Origin: Candidatus Daviesbacteria bacterium
Lineage (GTDB): Bacteria; Patescibacteriota; Microgenomatia; Daviesbacterales; UBA10151
Direction of reading: 5' to 3'
Assembly: GCA_016187025.1 (NCBI GenBank)
Contig: JACPKM010000001.1
Span: forward strand, 320,055 to 384,054
DNA length: 64,000 nt
Shown: piece by piece, positions 21,744 to 31,939 of the stretch
Layout of the letters: each line of letters opens with the position of its first letter
Numbering within the stretch: the first letter of the stretch is position 1
Program-made: the position numbers and the translations under genes
Notes under the pieces: model-generated
Database searches by the model: none
What the model was told of the DNA's origin: nothing
What the model saw: only the letters and a program-made list of their open reading frames with translations

Positions 21744-22547
21744 ATGAGTTTTAGAAAGTATTGGGTTTGTTTCAAATCCGAATGGCAACAGTTCTTAGAA
21801 TACCGGGTAGATCTTTTAATATATACATTAAGTGGTGCAGTTATTCCGTTAGTAGCCCTTGCCGTCTGGTTAGCTGTTTCTTCGTCAGGCGCCAATCTAT
21901 CTTTTTCGCAGGCGGAACTGGTGATCTATTTTTTAATGGCAATGTGGGTTAATATTTTTGTCTCAGCATGGGGAGCCTATTTTATAGGTGAAGATATTAA
22001 AACTGGAGTTTTTTCTAGGTACTTAGTTAAACCATTCTCCTTGTTTGATAATAATTTCATTAATAATATTAGTGAAAAGAGCTTCAAATTAATTATTGCT
22101 TCCATGTTAATGCTCTTTATCGGGTACCTCTTATCAAGGGCGATTCCCCTAGAAGTAAATATATCTTTTTTGTCCTTTAGCTTTTTTACAATCAGTTTGT
22201 TCTTTGCCGCTACAATCTATTTTTTTATGGATATGATTATTGGTCTTGCTACCTTTTGGGTTCATGATAACGAATTTCTAAGATACTTTTCTAACACACT
22301 GCGGGATTTCCTTTCGGGAAGAGTAATTCCTGTACTTTTTCTTCCTGGATGGCTTTATACTATATCGTTTCTGTCACCTTTTAGATATGTTCTCTCTTTT
22401 CCGATTGAAGTTTTATTAAACAAGTTAGGCCTTACAGATTTACTAATTGGTTTTGCAATTCAAGTTCTCTGGGCGATCAGTATGATCTTTTTTTATAAAT
22501 TGTTATATCAAAAAGGTATTAGACTATACCAAGGATTTGGCTCATGA
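21744..22547 (+). CDS. ABC-2 type (DUF990-like) permease
   Basis: 6 TM; YR, I..G....L.KP, SG.VIP..FLP, PF.Y...FP. Confidence 0.88.
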   Translation: MSFRKYWVCFKSEWQQFLEYRVDLLIYTLSGAVIPLVALAVWLAVSSSGANLSFSQAELVIYFLMAMWVNIFVSAWGAYFIGEDIKTGVFSRYLVKPFSLFDNNFINNISEKSFKLIIASMLMLFIGYLLSRAIPLEVNISFLSFSFFTISLFFAATIYFFMDMIIGLATFWVHDNEFLRYFSNTLRDFLSGRVIPVLFLPGWLYTISFLSPFRYVLSFPIEVLLNKLGLTDLLIGFAIQVLWAISMIFFYKLLYQKGIRLYQGFGS

Positions 22548-23335
22548 TACGTTTTTTAAAGTTGTTTAGTACTTTATTTTCTTTTTCTATAAAAACATAT
22601 CTCGAATACCGAGGGAATGTGTTAGGATCATTTATTAACTCATTAGTTACAGCATTTTTAGTAGTGGTTTTTATTGAAGTTATTTTTTCTCTTTCTCCTC
22701 AAGTAAATGGATGGTTGAGATATCAGCTGCTTTTTTTAACAGGTATTTACCGTATTATGCTTTCTGTTTTTGCAACCTTTTTCTTAACAAGTGTAAATAG
22801 AATGACTTCTTATATTCATCGGGGAGAGTTGGATTTATTATTGACCAAGCCCATCAACTCGCAATTCCTGCTCACTTTTAAAAATATTAAACCATTTGAA
22901 ATGCTGAATAGTCTACCTGGATGGATTATTATTCTATACTCCCTTCAGCAGTTTCCTAGGCATGAGATTCACACTCTAAACATTTTATTTTTGATAATTT
23001 CTCTTATAACGGGTTTGATAATACTTTACAGTTTATATTTTATGTTAGGAACATTAGCGGTATGGCTTAAAAGATTTAGCTCGCTAAATGAGATTTATTA
23101 TGTAATTAGAGAGCCGCTATCCATTCCGGTTGATTTCTTCGGCAGAACTACCTCGCTTTTATTAACTTTTATTTTTCCCTTAGCCTTGATTATTACTATC
23201 CCACTTAAAATTTCACTTAATAAAATACCTTCAAGTTTCTTGCTGATAAGTATAGTTGCAGCAGCTGTTTTTCTATACTTATCTAAGGTATTCTGGAACT
23301 TTTCTTTAAAACACTATACTTCAACAGGTTCATAG
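22544..23335 (+). CDS. ABC-2 type (DUF990-like) permease
   Basis: GELDLLLTKP, PVD.F, LTFI.P, Y.STGS C-terminus. Confidence 0.88.
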   Translation: MIRFLKLFSTLFSFSIKTYLEYRGNVLGSFINSLVTAFLVVVFIEVIFSLSPQVNGWLRYQLLFLTGIYRIMLSVFATFFLTSVNRMTSYIHRGELDLLLTKPINSQFLLTFKNIKPFEMLNSLPGWIIILYSLQQFPRHEIHTLNILFLIISLITGLIILYSLYFMLGTLAVWLKRFSSLNEIYYVIREPLSIPVDFFGRTTSLLLTFIFPLALIITIPLKISLNKIPSSFLLISIVAAAVFLYLSKVFWNFSLKHYTSTGS

Positions 23336-23349
23336 GATAAAATTAATTT

Positions 23350-23394
23350 ATGTCTGATATAGCTATTAAAGTCAAAAACCTTAAAAAATATTAG
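23350..23394 (+). pseudogene. 14-codon vestige of an ABC ATPase N-terminus
   Basis: MSDIAIKVKNLKKY* resembles MSNITIKVNRLKKYY of the next gene; ends at hairpin AGCG-CTAT-CGCT. Confidence 0.7.
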
Positions 23395-23420
23395 CGCTAT
23401 CGCTGGGTAATATATTTTCT

Positions 23421-24407
23421 ATGAGTAATATAACTATAAAAGTAAATAGGTTGAAAAAATATTATCAGGTTCACCAGAAAGAACCGGGTTTGAGCGGGTC
23501 AATAAAGTCTCTATTTTACAGAAAATATTTTGATGTTAAAGCAGTTGATGATATCTCTTTTGAGATAAAGGAGGGTGAGCTGGTAGGATTTATTGGTCCA
23601 AACGGAGCAGGAAAAACAACCACATTAAAAGTTTTATCTGGACTTTTATATCCTACATCTGGTGAGATACGGGTTTTAGGTTTTGAGCCTTTTAAAAGAC
23701 AGCCAGAATTCCAGAAACAATTCTCCTTGGTTATGGGGCAAAAAAACCAATTATGGTGGGATTTGCCAGCATGGGAAAGTTTTATTCTCAACAAAGAAAT
23801 TTATGAAGTTTCTGAGGATAAGTTCCAAAATACTGTTAGTAAGCTTTCAGAGATGCTTGAGGTAGAAGATATTTTAAAAATCCAAGTAAGAAAGCTATCT
23901 TTAGGACAGAGAATGAAATGTGAGTTGATTGCAGCACTGCTACATTCTCCTAAGGTTTTATTTTTGGATGAACCTACAATTGGGCTTGATGTTGTAGCCC
24001 AGAAAAGTATGAGAGATTTTATCAAAGAATACAATCAAGAATTTAATGCAACTATAATTTTAACTTCTCATTATATGATTGATGTGCAGCAACTGGCCAA
24101 AAGGGTAATTATTATTGATAAGGGAATTATTCTCTATGATGGACTATTGGAAGATATTGTTAAAAAATTTGCACCCCATAAAGTTATTAAAGTGAGTTTC
24201 AGAAGAAAAACCGAGCCGGATGAACTAAAAAAAATTGGCGAAGTTAAAGAATCTAATGATCTTTCAGCCGTTATAGAGGTTTCTTCTAAAGAGGTGGCAA
24301 AGAAGGCAGAGCAACTACTTGATAAGTTCCCAGTTGAGGATTTAACAATTGAAGATCCAGCCATAGAAGATATTATCCGCCAAGTATTTAGCAAAGCTAC
24401 TGCTTGA
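23421..24407 (+). CDS. ABC transporter ATP-binding protein
   Basis: GPNGAGKTT, QLWWDLP, LSLGQ, FLDEPTIGLD, SH. Confidence 0.96.
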   Translation: MSNITIKVNRLKKYYQVHQKEPGLSGSIKSLFYRKYFDVKAVDDISFEIKEGELVGFIGPNGAGKTTTLKVLSGLLYPTSGEIRVLGFEPFKRQPEFQKQFSLVMGQKNQLWWDLPAWESFILNKEIYEVSEDKFQNTVSKLSEMLEVEDILKIQVRKLSLGQRMKCELIAALLHSPKVLFLDEPTIGLDVVAQKSMRDFIKEYNQEFNATIILTSHYMIDVQQLAKRVIIIDKGIILYDGLLEDIVKKFAPHKVIKVSFRRKTEPDELKKIGEVKESNDLSAVIEVSSKEVAKKAEQLLDKFPVEDLTIEDPAIEDIIRQVFSKATA

Positions 24408-24445
24408 CTCGTCTTCCCTACCTGGGTTACTATGTATCCATACAT

Positions 24446-24730
24446 ATGTCCAAACCTAAGATAGATAAGAATATAAATGTTCCAGATCATGTATTAAAAG
24501 ACTTGCTCACCTCTTCTGAGATTAGGATGTTAAAAAACCGCTGGCAAATTATTAATTTACTAAGCGAGGGATTAACTATAAGAGAGATAGCCCAGCAAGT
24601 GAAGGTTGGTACAGATACGGTGGTAAGAACTGCAAAGATGATACAAAATAGAGATATAAACAGCAAAATTAGCGAAGACAAAAAAGCTAAACTACCCACC
24701 TCTTGGATTTTTGGAAAATCAGATGAATAA
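24446..24730 (+). CDS. TrpR-like (YerC/YecD) HTH protein
   Basis: DLLT.SE...L..RW.I...L..G.T.REIA....V...TV.R pattern; start at ATG 24446. Confidence 0.8.
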   Translation: MSKPKIDKNINVPDHVLKDLLTSSEIRMLKNRWQIINLLSEGLTIREIAQQVKVGTDTVVRTAKMIQNRDINSKISEDKKAKLPTSWIFGKSDE

Positions 24731-24792
24731 GGACCTAAAGGTTCTTACGACCTGCGGTCTTAAGGACCTGCTTCGATCGCAGAACAAGTTTG
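24728..24792. repeat. Cluster of short palindromic (REP-like) repeats
   Basis: Hairpin GTTCTTA-C-GACC-TGC-GGTC-T-TAAGGAC (24741-24767); TAAGGACCT direct repeat at 24728 and 24761; CTGC-TTCGATC-GCAG-AACAAGTTTG. Confidence 0.7.
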
Positions 24793-24805
24793 TTTTAGGT
24801 GATTT

Positions 24806-25618
24806 ATGTTGTTATCTTTAAGTATCGGCAAATATTGGGCAATTTTTAAAGTAAGCTGGGAAAACGGTTTAGTATACCGGGTTAATTTTTTGGTTTGGAG
24901 AATTCGTTCTATACTAGGCTTGTTGCTCGTTTATTTTATTTGGTGGACTACCTTTCAAAACCAAGATGAGGTTTTTGGATACTCCAGAGCTTCGATGCTA
25001 ACCTATATTATGGTAGCAGCAATTATTAGGGCTGTCATCTTATCTTCTAGAGTAATGGATGTTTCCACTCACATAAATGAAGGATATGTAGTGAATTTTT
25101 TAGTGAAACCACTCAATTTCATCTCATTTTATTTTGCTAGAGATTTGGCTGATAAATTAATGAATATTGCTTTGGTAATTGTTGAAATATTACTTCTTGT
25201 ATTGGTGCTCAAGCCGCCCCTTGTATTTCAAACAGACCCGCTAATACTGTCATTTGTTGCCCTGGCCATTATATTGGGGATAGTACTTTATTTTCTTTTT
25301 GCTTTTATCGTCAGTTTACTGGCTTTTTGGCTGGAAAACACATGGGGTTCATTTTTTTTAGTGTTCGTTTTTCTGGAGTCTTTAGGAGGAGGCATTTTCC
25401 CAATAGATATACTACCTAAAACCATTGCCAATATCTTACTTGCTACACCATTTCCTTACTTTATTTATTTTCCCTCAAAAATTTATACAGGTACTATGGA
25501 ATATTCCCAAATAATTCAAGGATTTATTGTACTCTCGATTTGGTTGTTTGGACTATGGTTGGTGGCGCAAAGAGTTTTAAGCGCAGGGCTCAAAAAGTAT
25601 ACTGCATTTGGTTACTAA
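24806..25618 (+). CDS. ABC-2 type (DUF990-like) permease
   Basis: YR.NF, EG....LVKP, GG.IFP.D.LP, PFPY..YFP. Confidence 0.88.
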   Translation: MLLSLSIGKYWAIFKVSWENGLVYRVNFLVWRIRSILGLLLVYFIWWTTFQNQDEVFGYSRASMLTYIMVAAIIRAVILSSRVMDVSTHINEGYVVNFLVKPLNFISFYFARDLADKLMNIALVIVEILLLVLVLKPPLVFQTDPLILSFVALAIILGIVLYFLFAFIVSLLAFWLENTWGSFFLVFVFLESLGGGIFPIDILPKTIANILLATPFPYFIYFPSKIYTGTMEYSQIIQGFIVLSIWLFGLWLVAQRVLSAGLKKYTAFGY

Positions 25619-25621
25619 ACT

Positions 25622-26407
25622 ATGTTGAAAAAATATTTTAAAGTCTGGTTGATTTTTGCCATTAATTCTTTTCAAACGCAGCTAAATTTAAGGTGGACAA
25701 TGCTGGTTTTTTTAATAGGAAAGATGATTCGTTTTGCAATGTTTGCCTTTTTTGTGTTTATCTTACTAAGTAATACTAAAGCTCTAGCAGGATATAACCT
25801 TAACGAAACCCTTCTATTTTATTTGTCTTTTAACCTTGTGGATATGCTTTCACAGCTTATTTTTAGAGAGGTTTATAGATTCAGATACGCCGTAGTCACA
25901 GGAACTTTTGATTTTTATCTTATTAAGCCTTATAACCCGCTTTTTAGGGCATTAACTTCCGGACCGGATTTGATTGATCTGGTGACTCTTGTTCCTCTGC
26001 TTGGAGCCATAGTTTATCTGTTCAATCAACTGCCTCAAATAACAGCTTTGAGCATTTTTGTTTATATTTTCCTAATCTTTACTGCATTGATTATCGCTAC
26101 TTCATTTCATATTTTGGTATTATCTCTTGCCATACTGACAACTGAAATAGACAGTGCAATACTTATGTATCGGGATATTGCAGGTATGGGTAGGTTTCCG
26201 GTTGATATTTATAAAGAACCCTTCAGGAGCGTATTAACTTTTTTAATTCCGGTGGGTATCATGATGTCTTTTCCGGTTAAGGCTGTTTTAGGAATTCTCT
26301 CTGTTACAAACATTGCCTATTCCTTAATTTTTTCTATCACTCTATTTTATTTTTCTCTTTTGGTATGGAATTTTGCCCTGCGGAGATACTCTTCTGCAAG
26401 TAGTTAA
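25622..26407 (+). CDS. ABC-2 type (DUF990-like) permease
   Basis: GTFDFYLIKP, RFPVDIY, YSSASS C-terminus. Confidence 0.88.
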   Translation: MLKKYFKVWLIFAINSFQTQLNLRWTMLVFLIGKMIRFAMFAFFVFILLSNTKALAGYNLNETLLFYLSFNLVDMLSQLIFREVYRFRYAVVTGTFDFYLIKPYNPLFRALTSGPDLIDLVTLVPLLGAIVYLFNQLPQITALSIFVYIFLIFTALIIATSFHILVLSLAILTTEIDSAILMYRDIAGMGRFPVDIYKEPFRSVLTFLIPVGIMMSFPVKAVLGILSVTNIAYSLIFSITLFYFSLLVWNFALRRYSSASS

Positions 26408-27609
26408 AAAGGATTAGAAGACAAATTAGTAGAAAAAAACAGGTTAATATAATTTTTTGGTAAAAATACTCCTGTCAGATAAGGATAAATCAGCAAAAAA
26501 CTCAAGGAGATAAGTACTAATAGTAAAACTACCAGCTTAAATGTTTTATTATCTTCCCAGTTTCTTCCTAGCTGATAACCTAAGGCAAGAGATAAAAATG
26601 GGGTGCAGGGAGCAAAATGATACAAAAACATAATTCTTGGAGAAAATGCCCATGGCAGTAAAAAGACTAGAAAGCCTAAAACAGGAATAAAGAGATTAAA
26701 CGATTTTTTCTTAATGGATTCAAAAAGAGTAAGGATCAAAGCAATAGATCCACTCCAAAAAAGTAAGGGATTTCCAGATGCAAAAATATTGGCCATCTGA
26801 TCCTCTTTATATTCTACAAAATACCAAACAGGGTATAAGTTTAAAGGCCATGACCACCAGGCAGATGTGTAACTATGCGTAGCCTTGAGTCCTGTATGAT
26901 ACCACCATATTTGCTGCTGGAGCTGGATAAATTGGTCAAAGCTGTGACCTAGTAAAAAAAATGGAATATAGCTTGCTAGGTATACCAGAGGTGGAATAAT
27001 TAAAAACGGCAGGAAATTTAAAATTTTCCTCTCTTTGACTAAAAATAAAAAAATTAAAGGAAGGGTATAAAGGGCAGACCATTTACTAGCCAAAGATAGC
27101 CCTAAAAAAATTGCAGATAAAATTAAGCTTTTTCTTAAAAAGAAATAGATACAAGCCAGCATAAAAGTAACAAAATACATATCATTCATCCCTGTTCGGG
27201 ACTGAACGAAGTTTAGCCCATCCAAAGAAAATAAAAACGCAGCTATCAAAGCTATAATTTCTTTGTGAAATATTTTTTTGGCTAGGGCATATACCAGCAA
27301 AACAGCTAAAACCCCCAATAGTGCACCAGGAAATCTCCAAGCCCAGGAGTCCATGGAGCCAAAAATGATCATAGACAAGGCCATGATTTCTTTTGCCAGT
27401 GGTGGATGCGTCCACTCATAAGCTACTCCTGAAGGAGGTGTATTCCACCATTCCCAAGCTTTTGGATTATTTAGGGCATATTCTTTTGCGGTGAAAGCAT
27501 GATAAACCTCATCGAAAACGTATCCTTTAGGATAATCCAGTCTATAGAATCTCAGAAATGCAGTTAGCATTAATATTAAAATAATCAAATATTTGCTATA
27601 GAGCTTCAT
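26404..27609 (-). CDS. Dolichyl-phosphate-mannose-protein mannosyltransferase-like (PMT/GT39)
   Basis: VFDEVYH, HPPLAK, WR, SKW, H.Y.S.WWSWP, GNP, R.MFLYH. Confidence 0.9.
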   Translation of the reverse strand: MKLYSKYLIILILMLTAFLRFYRLDYPKGYVFDEVYHAFTAKEYALNNPKAWEWWNTPPSGVAYEWTHPPLAKEIMALSMIIFGSMDSWAWRFPGALLGVLAVLLVYALAKKIFHKEIIALIAAFLFSLDGLNFVQSRTGMNDMYFVTFMLACIYFFLRKSLILSAIFLGLSLASKWSALYTLPLIFLFLVKERKILNFLPFLIIPPLVYLASYIPFFLLGHSFDQFIQLQQQIWWYHTGLKATHSYTSAWWSWPLNLYPVWYFVEYKEDQMANIFASGNPLLFWSGSIALILTLFESIKKKSFNLFIPVLGFLVFLLPWAFSPRIMFLYHFAPCTPFLSLALGYQLGRNWEDNKTFKLVVLLLVLISLSFLLIYPYLTGVFLPKNYINLFFSTNLSSNPF

Positions 27610-27618
27610 AAAAATTTT

Positions 27619-28827
27619 TTATAGTTTATATTTATAATAAAAGAGTGCAATAAGAAAAACAGCAACTGATATTATAGATAAAGATTCAAAATTGTTTGCT
27701 AGGATTCTTGCTAAATCTGCTTGATAATTTAAGTTGTGATTAAAGTAATTATAGGGAAGGTACATATTTAAGAGAAATAGGAGTGAGACTATACAATAAA
27801 TCAAAAGAAGGAATTTGGATTTCAAAATCGATGCTCCTAACAGAAAAAAAGCAAAGAATGGAAACAAATATCTTTCGTGAATTCGGGTTAAGAAGATGAA
27901 GAAAGCATACAAAGATAACGCTACTGTTAAATAAATGTAAGGAATTTTAAAAATTGCATTATTTAGTTTGATAAAAAATATTACGACATAACTTACTATT
28001 AATAGAATAATTCCCCAAAAAAGAAGTGGGATATTCAAAAAGATGACTAAGTCGTTTTTCCAATTGCCAAAAACTCCCCAGAAGTTAAAGGCAAAGCAAG
28101 TGGTGCAGTTAAATAGCTCAAGTGATCGTGTATTAGTATGGATTAAACCATAAAAGGGATTTGTTGGGAAAAATGGGAAATAAATTATGGTAACGGTAAT
28201 AATAAAATACAAAATTGTTTTTATCCATCTTAAAAATTTATGGTGGGTTACAATTATTATTAATAATGCTGGACCAAAAGCAATAGCCTGAGGTTTTAAA
28301 GTTAGGGCTACGGCAAAGGGTACTATAGAAAGTTCTGGGTTGTTTCTGAATAGTAGGATATAGCTGGATAACACCAGAAATAGCGTTGCCAGACCATCAT
28401 ATTGTCCCCAAATAGATGTATTAAAAAACACAGCTGGGTTAAAAACATAAAAGATAAATCCCAATATTCCCCACCCATTCCCTAATCTCTTTTTGACAAT
28501 AAGATAGATAAAAATACCAGTCAGTATATCTGCTAGATTAGATGGAAATTTTAGCAATAAATCATAGTCTTTCGAAAAAAAAGATAAGCTAGGGAATAAA
28601 ATAGTCTTAACTAATCCAATAAACCATAAAACATAGAAAAATCCTATTGGATTATTGGTAAAAAAATCCCGGTAATAGAAATTTTGAGGCCCAAATTCGA
28701 CCAATTTAGCACTCCAAAACCTAAAAGCACTCTCATCTCCTTCAAAAGAAGGAAGGAAAGATAGCAGAATACGGAATATAAAAGATATTATTATAATTAA
28801 TATTATTTTTGAACTGATTTTATTCAT
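27619..28827 (-). CDS. GT-C fold membrane glycosyltransferase
   Basis: LKFP..LAD, FNPA....SIWGQYD, KPQ, AFNFW, T.IHERY. Confidence 0.8.
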   Translation of the reverse strand: MNKISSKIILIIIISFIFRILLSFLPSFEGDESAFRFWSAKLVEFGPQNFYYRDFFTNNPIGFFYVLWFIGLVKTILFPSLSFFSKDYDLLLKFPSNLADILTGIFIYLIVKKRLGNGWGILGFIFYVFNPAVFFNTSIWGQYDGLATLFLVLSSYILLFRNNPELSIVPFAVALTLKPQAIAFGPALLIIIVTHHKFLRWIKTILYFIITVTIIYFPFFPTNPFYGLIHTNTRSLELFNCTTCFAFNFWGVFGNWKNDLVIFLNIPLLFWGIILLIVSYVVIFFIKLNNAIFKIPYIYLTVALSLYAFFIFLTRIHERYLFPFFAFFLLGASILKSKFLLLIYCIVSLLFLLNMYLPYNYFNHNLNYQADLARILANNFESLSIISVAVFLIALFYYKYKL

Positions 28828-28857
28828 CGTCGTAGATATAATCTGTCTAATAAAAAT

Positions 28858-29925
28858 CTAAAATGCCCATCTCCCTGAGACATAAAGAAAAGTTAAATAA
28901 ACCAGCAAAGTTAATGATGTGATACTTATTAGTACAAAAAATAGTCTTTTTTTGATAAGCCCAAGTAAAATAAAAATTGGAAATAGTATAAGACTGTAAC
29001 GGGGTACGCTTAGTATAAAATTTGTTGAAGTGAATAGAAATAAGTTAATTAACATGTATACGGAGTAGGATTTTCTTAGGTATAAAAATGACGCTATGGT
29101 AAAAATGGTTACAATGAGTATTGAAATAATTTCTGAAAGGTATATATAAAAATTCGCCTGAGAGACAAAAGAAAAGGTATTAAGCAAATTATAGACACCT
29201 ACCCAGGGCCAATCTAGATGTTTAAACCAATTATACGATAAGGGTTTTGTAAAATAAAACAGATCTCCAAAGATAAAATAATTAATCATCAAATAGAAAA
29301 TAAAACCCAAAGTAGTAAGAAAAACAGCGGTAATCTTTCCTAAAATAGTTTTTGCTTCAATGAAGAGAGAGGGTATAAGCAATAAGCCATTGATTCTTGT
29401 TAACGAAGCAAGTAAGCCTGTTGCACCAGCGTATAAATAATTATCTTTTCTTATTAAATAAATACTGGTGATTGATAAAGTTAAAAATAATGATTCTGTG
29501 TAAGGGGCTTGTAAAAAATAACTAGTGGGAAAAATATTCATAAACCATACAGCCTTAAGAGAAGTAGATTTATTAAAATCAAGCAAGGAGAGTTCAAATA
29601 AAAGTATGGATGCAAAGACGGAAAAAAGTGTTGAAACAAGTAGAGATGATAGCTCAAAATTGCCAAGTAATATATTTGTGAATTTGATAAATAATGGATA
29701 AAGAGGGTAAAAAACGATCCAAAGCGACTGTTCTCCTGTTGGCTGATACCAATTTCTTGCTAGATCTAAATAATGTGGAGCATCCCATCTTAACCATAAA
29801 TTAAGAAGGCTAGTATGTTGCTCTGTTCCCACAAAAGTAGAAAAAATAAATAAAAGAGTTCTAATTGAGAGAGTAATAATTAGGATTTCTTTATATCTTC
29901 TGAATGCTTTGGTAATATTCCTCAT
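28858..29925 (-). CDS. PIG-V-like mannosyltransferase (GT-C)
   Basis: RWDA.HY..LA, FYPLYP, FPTSYFL..PYTESLF, TR.NG, PRY; start at ATG 29925. Confidence 0.85.
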   Translation of the reverse strand: MRNITKAFRRYKEILIITLSIRTLLFIFSTFVGTEQHTSLLNLWLRWDAPHYLDLARNWYQPTGEQSLWIVFYPLYPLFIKFTNILLGNFELSSLLVSTLFSVFASILLFELSLLDFNKSTSLKAVWFMNIFPTSYFLQAPYTESLFLTLSITSIYLIRKDNYLYAGATGLLASLTRINGLLLIPSLFIEAKTILGKITAVFLTTLGFIFYLMINYFIFGDLFYFTKPLSYNWFKHLDWPWVGVYNLLNTFSFVSQANFYIYLSEIISILIVTIFTIASFLYLRKSYSVYMLINLFLFTSTNFILSVPRYSLILFPIFILLGLIKKRLFFVLISITSLTLLVYLTFLYVSGRWAF

Positions 29926-29959
29926 GAGTATTATTATATTGAATAATGCGCCATTTTCT

Positions 29960-30928
29960 ATGAAGGAATATACTAAAGTTTTAGTAATTTTAGGCCCTAC
30001 TGCTACAGGCAAAACAGATCTAGCTTTAAATTTGGCAAAAAGATTTAATGGTGAGCTAGTTGCTTGTGATTCTAGACAAGTGTATAAGGGATTGGATATT
30101 GGAACAGGTAAGATGCCGGGTAGCAAAGCCAAAGTGGAAAAGTCTGATAAATTTTGGAGAATTGATGGAGTGAGGGTTTGGATGTACGATGTGGCAGACC
30201 CGCAAATTCAGTATACAGTTGCAAACTATGTAAAAGATGCAAATAAGGTTATCAATGATCTACTAATGGCAAAAAAGACCCCCATAGTGGTTGGCGGAAC
30301 AGGACTGTACCTAAGGGCTTTACTTGAAGGAATCCCCAATCTAGATATTCCAGTTGATTCCAAACTAAGAGAGCAGTTACAGGTTTTCACTAAAGAAAAA
30401 CTGCAACAAAAATTAAAAACTTTATCTATGAAAAGATGGAAGCAAATGAACGGATCCGACAGACAAAATCCTAGACGTCTACTCCGCTCTATTGAATTAT
30501 TGCTTATGAATCCATACACAAACAAAGTTCAAAAACCCAAATTCAAAGCTCAAAAGTATAATCTTTTAAAGATTGGTTTGACTGCTCCGAGAGATGAATT
30601 ATACAAACGTGTTGATTTACGTATTTTAAAACGCATTAAGGAAGGGATGATAGAAGAAGCAGCAAAATTGCACAAAGAAGGGTTAAGTTTGACGAGAATG
30701 GAGAGCTTGGGACTGGAATACAACTGTCTGAGTAAGTATATTTCAGGTGAGGTTAAAACCAAAGAGGAGTTAATAAGTATGCTAAAAGGCAAGATACATG
30801 GATATGTAAGACGGCAGCTGACCTGGTTTAGTAAAGAAAAGGATGTTTTATGGTTTGATATTACAGGTGCAAATTTTTTAACTGGAGTAGAAAAAGAAGT
30901 TGAGCTCTGGTATCATCAGGGTGTATGA
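29960..30928 (+). CDS. miaA: tRNA dimethylallyltransferase
   Basis: GPTATGKT, DSRQVYKGLDIGTGK, VGGTGLY, RRQLTWF; start at ATG 29960. Confidence 0.96.
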   Translation: MKEYTKVLVILGPTATGKTDLALNLAKRFNGELVACDSRQVYKGLDIGTGKMPGSKAKVEKSDKFWRIDGVRVWMYDVADPQIQYTVANYVKDANKVINDLLMAKKTPIVVGGTGLYLRALLEGIPNLDIPVDSKLREQLQVFTKEKLQQKLKTLSMKRWKQMNGSDRQNPRRLLRSIELLLMNPYTNKVQKPKFKAQKYNLLKIGLTAPRDELYKRVDLRILKRIKEGMIEEAAKLHKEGLSLTRMESLGLEYNCLSKYISGEVKTKEELISMLKGKIHGYVRRQLTWFSKEKDVLWFDITGANFLTGVEKEVELWYHQGV

Positions 30929-31899
30929 GCCAAAAGGTTGATATTTCACACCGAACGATTGTTTTTATTGCTGTTTTCATTTTAGGACTTTGGTTAACAA
31001 TTTTAATCCGTGATCTTTTGCTTTTGCTTTTTGTAGCGTTAATATTAATGTCAGCTTTATCGCCATTGGTAAATTTTTTGGCTAAATATAGGGTACCAAA
31101 AGCTCTGGGAATTGCGATTTCTTATGTTATCATAATTAGTCTTTTTGGTGGTATTATTGCCTCACTTCTGCCGCCAGTCATAGAAGAAAGCAGCAAGTTG
31201 TTTACTGCTCTTCCAAATGTGGTTAATCCTCTGCTAAATAACCTAAATGTTGATAAAAATATTTTGCAATCTGAATTTGCAAATTTTTCTAAGAATTTAA
31301 TAACTTTTCTGGTAGGTGCATTCGATAACTTTTTGACAATCACCTTTTTGCTGGTTTTAACTTTTTATTTACTGCTAGAAAAAGAGAAATTAGAAGATAG
31401 AATATCTGCACTGTTTGTAGGTAGAGAACAAAGGATTAAAAATATAATAGTTCAATTGGAAGAAAAACTGGGAGCTTGGTTAAGAGGACAGGTTGTTTTA
31501 AGTGTAATCATTGGGTTGCTCTCATATATAGGGTTAACTCTACTTAATATCCCTTATGCTTTACCTTTGGCACTTCTTGCAGGAATAATGGAGATTATTC
31601 CAGTTATTGGTCCTATTATTTCTGCAGTTCCAGCAATTGCTTTAGGTTTTACTATTTCTCCTTTGGTGGCAGCTGGAGCTGCGGCCACATACTTTATAAT
31701 CCAACAGCTTGAAAATCACCTGATAGTTCCACAGGTTATGAAAAGGGCAGTAGGGCTAAACCCTTTGATTGTAATCTTGGCAATAGCCATTGGTGGGAGA
31801 TTACTGGGTATTGCTGGTGCACTACTGGCCGTACCAATTGTTGTAGTGTTGCAGGTTGTAGTAATGGAAGTGATACAGTCTCAAAGAGTTGAAAAATAA
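30925..31899 (+). CDS. AI-2E family transporter
   Basis: IPVIGP, QQLENHLIVP.VM..AVGLNP, G.LLAVP. Confidence 0.9.
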   Translation: MSQKVDISHRTIVFIAVFILGLWLTILIRDLLLLLFVALILMSALSPLVNFLAKYRVPKALGIAISYVIIISLFGGIIASLLPPVIEESSKLFTALPNVVNPLLNNLNVDKNILQSEFANFSKNLITFLVGAFDNFLTITFLLVLTFYLLLEKEKLEDRISALFVGREQRIKNIIVQLEEKLGAWLRGQVVLSVIIGLLSYIGLTLLNIPYALPLALLAGIMEIIPVIGPIISAVPAIALGFTISPLVAAGAAATYFIIQQLENHLIVPQVMKRAVGLNPLIVILAIAIGGRLLGIAGALLAVPIVVVLQVVVMEVIQSQRVEK

Positions 31900-31939
31900 A
31901 CCGGTGGACTGTTCTCCTTTGGAGAATAAAAAAAATTGT

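Noticed and set aside
24728-24792. Short direct repeats that might suggest a mini-CRISPR
   Set aside because: Only two 9-bp copies, no regular repeat-spacer array and no cas genes. No CRISPR array was seen anywhere in the window.
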